Under the pieces are notes generated by a model. The model worked only from the letters and a program-made list of their open reading frames with translations. It made no database searches and had not been told where the DNA came from. From the NCBI GenBank assembly GCA_964351475.1, contig CAYGOB010000002.1:1-58345 (forward strand): 58,345 nt of DNA. Reading direction: 5' to 3'. Position 1 is the first letter of the stretch, and each line of letters starts with the position of its first letter. The position numbers were made by a program, and so were the translations under genes. This DNA comes from an uncultured Candidatus Saccharibacteria bacterium. GTDB lineage: Bacteria > Patescibacteriota > Dojkabacteria > SC72. This document shows, one piece after another, positions 54,749-58,345 of the stretch.

Positions 54749-55330
54749 TTATAGCCCAATTTCATCGCTAATTTCATTAAGACTATCCAAGGCCATTTGT
54801 ACAAACTCTTCCAAAGATACTCCCGTCTTCTCAATATCATAAATTAATTGCCTATTTACTATTTTCGCAAAATCTTTCTTTTTAAACTTCTTCATTACAC
54901 TCTCTACCCTAACACTAGATATCTTCCTATCAGGTTGCACTAGTGCACATGCCACTAAAAACCCACTAATAGTCTCACTAGCACTAAGAGCATAATCCAA
55001 TCTAGATTCTCTCTTTTGAGATATCTTAGGATGCTCTTCGTAATGAGCCTTAATTGCATTGTACATCTCTAATGGAATATCCTCTCCTATCTTCAGATTC
55101 TCAACCTCAAGCAACTTGTCAAACTCTACAACGTGCCTATCTGGATCTTTGTCTACATAATCATAATCTAAGTCATGAAGTAAACCAGAAAGACCCCAAA
55201 GCTCCTCATCTTCTCCAAAATGCTTGGCTAGAGACCTCATAACAACCTCTGACTCTCTCATATGTAATTGAAGCCACTCCGTGGTTATATATTTATCTAG
55301 AAGCTGCTTTACTTTTTTTCTTGTTATCAT
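54749..55330 (-). CDS. HD-domain metal-dependent phosphohydrolase
   Basis: H...LLHDLDY (HD motif) and a later H (KAHYEEH). 193 aa. Confidence 0.8.
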   Translation of the reverse strand: MITRKKVKQLLDKYITTEWLQLHMRESEVVMRSLAKHFGEDEELWGLSGLLHDLDYDYVDKDPDRHVVEFDKLLEVENLKIGEDIPLEMYNAIKAHYEEHPKISQKRESRLDYALSASETISGFLVACALVQPDRKISSVRVESVMKKFKKKDFAKIVNRQLIYDIEKTGVSLEEFVQMALDSLNEISDEIGL

Positions 55331-55725
55331 ATATTTACTCCCAAAATTTCTTTCAACTTATTTTTTAACTCAGAAGCATTAATATATTTTACAGTTAATA
55401 TATCATACTCCTGAGCTTGCTCTATTACATTCACATCATCATCCACAATAATAACCTCAGTAGCATCACATTCAAGAGTACTGAAAAGCTCCTCAAAAGA
55501 TTCCGGATACGGTTTAGAATATTTATGTATAACATCCTTAAAATATTTAAGAAATGGCTTCTTCTTGTCATTTCTTTCCAGGACACTTAAAGAAGAATTA
55601 GTAAAGATATATAGTGAAATATTTTGTTTATATAAAGATTCAATAATATTAAAAACCCCAGGATTTACTTCCCCCCTTTTAGGATCATATATTACTCTAT
55701 GAAAATCAAAAACTACTCTCTTCAT
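55327..55725 (-). CDS. Minimal HAD-like hydrolase (capless), atypical motif I
   Basis: Motif I VVFDFHRV (D-x-H instead of D-x-D), motif II IFTNSS, motif III SKPYPE, motif IV VDDD. 132 aa, with a 4-nt overlap with the HD gene. Confidence 0.5.
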   Translation of the reverse strand: MKRVVFDFHRVIYDPKRGEVNPGVFNIIESLYKQNISLYIFTNSSLSVLERNDKKKPFLKYFKDVIHKYSKPYPESFEELFSTLECDATEVIIVDDDVNVIEQAQEYDILTVKYINASELKNKLKEILGVNI

Positions 55726-55820
55726 CTACCCATAGTATATTAAATTTAGAATAAAAAGTCAGTATAGTCCTTAACACATAAGGATTATCCTCGATGTCGA
55801 ACTTCGTTCTTTCTTTTTTA

Positions 55821-56807
55821 TTACTTAATTTCCAAAATTACTTGGTTAGGACTTAATGAAGCACTCAATTTAAACTCTCTAACTCCACTCATTCCAGTAA
55901 AAGTATATATTGAACTTCCTCCTTCTCTCTTTACCTCCGCTGTTATTGATGACGGTAAGATTAAAGTATCTGCAAAGCTTGCTACCCTATCCATACTTAA
56001 ACTCTGAAACGTTACAACCAAATTATCATCCTCATTGTAAGTTGCACTAACTGAAGGAATTGGATTATCTACGTTACTAGTTACTGTCCATACCAATTTA
56101 AGTAAACCTGAAGTACCACTATAAGTATATGCAGATATTGCAGCTCCATCATCTGCTGTTACTCCTAGGATACTCTGGTCATCCTTTGAGAATTCTTCAC
56201 TCCCTAAATCTACATCAACATCTGTAGCCCCTGGGTATTTAACTTGCAATATTACCGTCCACCTACCCTCCTCTAACTGCTCTGAGGTTAAGTAAAATAT
56301 TGTAGACTTTGACACACCTATGTCATACAATTCCTGATCTGCTTGGGATGAAATATTGTGATATATCCTCGTAACCCCTTGTTCATCTATCCTTCTTTCT
56401 TGCTGATACCCTATACCACTATTATCTCCATCTATACCCTGAAAATCCATTCGAATAACATCTTGATTTGAAAGATATGATGCTGTTACAAATGGCTCTT
56501 CTTCATCCTCTGTAGTTAAAGTAAATGTAAATTGATGAAAACCATCCCTAGATACATCCTCCACGCCCTCTATTGTAAACTTTGCTTCAGATTCTTGCCC
56601 TAACACCTGAGTCTGAGAAGAAAATGATGAGAAATCTGTATCCCCTGTATACTCTATCTCTTCCTCCTCTTCTACCTCCTGAACTTCCTCAATTACCGTA
56701 TCTTCCTCCTCTTCTGGGATTTCTTCCTCTGGCCTCCTTGTTAGAAAGAAAATTAATCCTCCTACCGCTACCAGTAGGAGTAATATCCATACTGTTTTCT
56801 TTTTCAT
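55821..56807 (-). CDS. Anchored extracytoplasmic protein of unknown function with acidic linker
   Basis: N-terminal TM, a poly-E linker (EEEIPEEEEDTVIEEVQEVEEEEE), then a beta-rich T/S/D-rich domain. Confidence 0.5.
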   Translation of the reverse strand: MKKKTVWILLLLVAVGGLIFFLTRRPEEEIPEEEEDTVIEEVQEVEEEEEIEYTGDTDFSSFSSQTQVLGQESEAKFTIEGVEDVSRDGFHQFTFTLTTEDEEEPFVTASYLSNQDVIRMDFQGIDGDNSGIGYQQERRIDEQGVTRIYHNISSQADQELYDIGVSKSTIFYLTSEQLEEGRWTVILQVKYPGATDVDVDLGSEEFSKDDQSILGVTADDGAAISAYTYSGTSGLLKLVWTVTSNVDNPIPSVSATYNEDDNLVVTFQSLSMDRVASFADTLILPSSITAEVKREGGSSIYTFTGMSGVREFKLSASLSPNQVILEIK

Positions 56808-56895
56808 TATTAAATTTATTAAATGTTAAATATATACATATTACCACTTTCTAGAGGATGTTTAAAAGAATATTTAGTTGTGCTAGGATATTCAT

Positions 56896-58317
56896 ATGGC
56901 AAAAACTTTTAAAATATCTGACAAAAAGAAAGGCATTGTAGAAAAGGAAGAAACTCCCGTTGAACAAGAGAGTGCTGTAGAACAAGAGCCAACTGCCCCT
57001 TCTACAGAAAAGGAAAACATTGTAGAGGAGAATGTTGTGGAGAAAAGAGATACTTCCCAAGAAAAGAGTGAAGAGACAGAAGTTAATGAAAAGAAAGAGA
57101 AAAAGAAGAAAGAAAAACCAAAGAAAGAGAAAAAGGTAAGAGAGAAGAAAAATATATTTAAAAATATTAATTGGAAAAATTTCCTCTTTCCTACAGCGGC
57201 ACTCTTAACTTTGGTAGGAATTGGCCTGTTTTACTACTATGGAATATACAGATTAAAACCAAAGTCACCCTATGACGTATTGAGTTTTGACAAGATGTTC
57301 ATTACCTCCAGTCCTGATGACCGTATTTTCCCTAAAGCATTTGCTCTGCTTTCTAGCCCAGAAGAACCTAGAACAGAGGAAAGTCCTTTAAATGGTCTTC
57401 TCTTTTCTAAAAGTGACATGGATCAAATGATGGATAGAAGACCTGTAGCGGTTATGATGAATAATCATGTTGATGCAAGACCTCTTTCAGGATTAAACAG
57501 TGCGGATGTAGTAATTGAAGCTAATGTAGAGAGTGGCATAACTAGAATCTTAGGAATTTTTTGGAGTAAAGCACCCGAGAAAGTTGGCCCTATTAGAAGT
57601 TTAAGACAGCCTTATTTAGAATGGGCTAATGAATATGATCCTTTGTTAATTTATGATGGTTGTGCAGAAACAAATGACCCTAGAACCAACGCTTGTGGCA
57701 ATGTACACTCCTACAAGATGAAGATTATTGCAACTATCGGAGCTTGGAGATCAGGAGAAGGGGGAAGAGTCTCTCCACATAACGAGTATAGTTCCATAAC
57801 AAATGCCTGGACCTACGGAGAGAGAATGAACTGGGATGAGTTTCCTTCAACAATACAGAGTTATACATTTAAGAGAGATGCAGATATTCAAGACAGAGGA
57901 GAAAAAACACATGTTAAGATAGCTTTTCATACAAGATTAGCAAATGGTGGAATGTATGATACGGAGTGGACATATGATATGTCAACAAACAGTTATTACA
58001 GAAAAATAGGAGGGAGAGCAGATATGGATGCAGAGACAAATACACAGATTTCTGCCAAGACCGTCATATTACAAGAAGTAAGAGCCGTACCCTCTGGAGA
58101 TGACAAAGGTAGATTGTTAACAACGACTATAGATGAGAGAGACGCTGTAATATTACAAGACGGGAAAATAATAAATGGGAAGTGGAAAAAGGATTCAAGG
58201 ACCGATAGAACAAAATATTATGATAGTTCAGGAAACGCTATCAAATTCAACCGAGGAAGAATATGGATATCAATGATTCCACATTCTGATGGGAAATTTG
58301 ATATAATTGAACAATAA
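56896..58317 (+). CDS. DUF3048-domain protein (YerB-like) with long charged N-terminal tail and one TM
   Basis: RPVAVMMNNHVDARPLSGLNSADVVIEANVESGITRILGIFWS matches the DUF3048 core as I recall it. It is preceded by ~95 aa of K/E-rich sequence and a TM helix. Confidence 0.75.
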   Translation: MAKTFKISDKKKGIVEKEETPVEQESAVEQEPTAPSTEKENIVEENVVEKRDTSQEKSEETEVNEKKEKKKKEKPKKEKKVREKKNIFKNINWKNFLFPTAALLTLVGIGLFYYYGIYRLKPKSPYDVLSFDKMFITSSPDDRIFPKAFALLSSPEEPRTEESPLNGLLFSKSDMDQMMDRRPVAVMMNNHVDARPLSGLNSADVVIEANVESGITRILGIFWSKAPEKVGPIRSLRQPYLEWANEYDPLLIYDGCAETNDPRTNACGNVHSYKMKIIATIGAWRSGEGGRVSPHNEYSSITNAWTYGERMNWDEFPSTIQSYTFKRDADIQDRGEKTHVKIAFHTRLANGGMYDTEWTYDMSTNSYYRKIGGRADMDAETNTQISAKTVILQEVRAVPSGDDKGRLLTTTIDERDAVILQDGKIINGKWKKDSRTDRTKYYDSSGNAIKFNRGRIWISMIPHSDGKFDIIEQ

Positions 58318-58345
58318 TATTAAGCAGGTTGGGGAACTATGCTAA

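Noticed and set aside
1-58345. Search for CRISPR arrays, transposases, integrases, phage genes, toxin-antitoxin or known defence-system genes
   Set aside because: No regularly spaced direct repeats were seen. No ORF has integrase, transposase, recombinase, nuclease-helicase or reverse-transcriptase motifs. The only DNA repeat found is the intragenic b5 duplication.
1-58345. Possible alternative genetic code (UGA or UAG recoding), as in some uncultured low-GC lineages
   Set aside because: All conserved genes, including the 904-aa ATPase and the 929-aa fusion, are intact under the standard bacterial code. No split or truncated homologues were seen, so recoding need not be invoked.

Overview
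AT-rich, very gene-dense bacterial window with standard-code ORFs and bacterial-type promoter boxes. It holds one tRNA and no rRNA, CRISPR array or recognisable mobile element. Gene content (DUF5667, DUF3048, sortase, few Shine-Dalgarno sites) would fit an uncultured low-GC lineage, but taxonomy cannot be established from this window. (1) Positions 1-39.5 kb form one very large cell-envelope glycan biosynthesis region. It contains a partial rfbB, 10 GT2 proteins (two with tandem GT2 domains, one of them fused to an N-terminal methyltransferase and a coiled coil), 2 GT4, 1 DUF616-like GT and 1 orphan GT-B-like protein. It also has 4 polytopic GT-C-like membrane proteins, 3 polyprenyl-phosphate-sugar-synthase-type GT2s, 5 SAM-methyltransferase domains, a WecB-like epimerase with a nucleotide-sugar dehydrogenase, and an SDR epimerase. 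Export functions are a Wzm/Wzt ABC-2 exporter plus a separate MsbA/PglK-like ABC exporter. Two CapK/F390-synthetase-like adenylating enzymes flank a GT4. (2) Positions 39.5-47.7 kb encode mainly secreted or surface proteins: a beta-helical repeat membrane protein, DsbA, an anchored alpha/beta hydrolase, and an LPETG Kelch propeller with its sortase. This block also holds a secreted tandem cytochrome-b5-like protein fused to a His-bearing membrane domain next to a ferredoxin and a HIT protein, and a DUF5667-like protein. (3) Positions 47.7-58.3 kb look like housekeeping genes: ABC exporter, nitroreductase, TrmB, Ca-type P-type ATPase, tRNA-Pro(GGG), HD and HAD-like hydrolases, and a DUF3048 protein. 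The most interesting signals are the WsaE-like methyltransferase/coiled-coil/double-GT2 enzyme and its Wzm/Wzt-coupled paralogue, the CapK-GT4-CapK sandwich, the multiple Gtr-like modules, the b5-b5-membrane/ferredoxin unit, and a recurrent -10-like box 5-9 nt upstream of start codons that suggests leaderless mRNAs. All family assignments come from motif recognition by eye and none from database searches.
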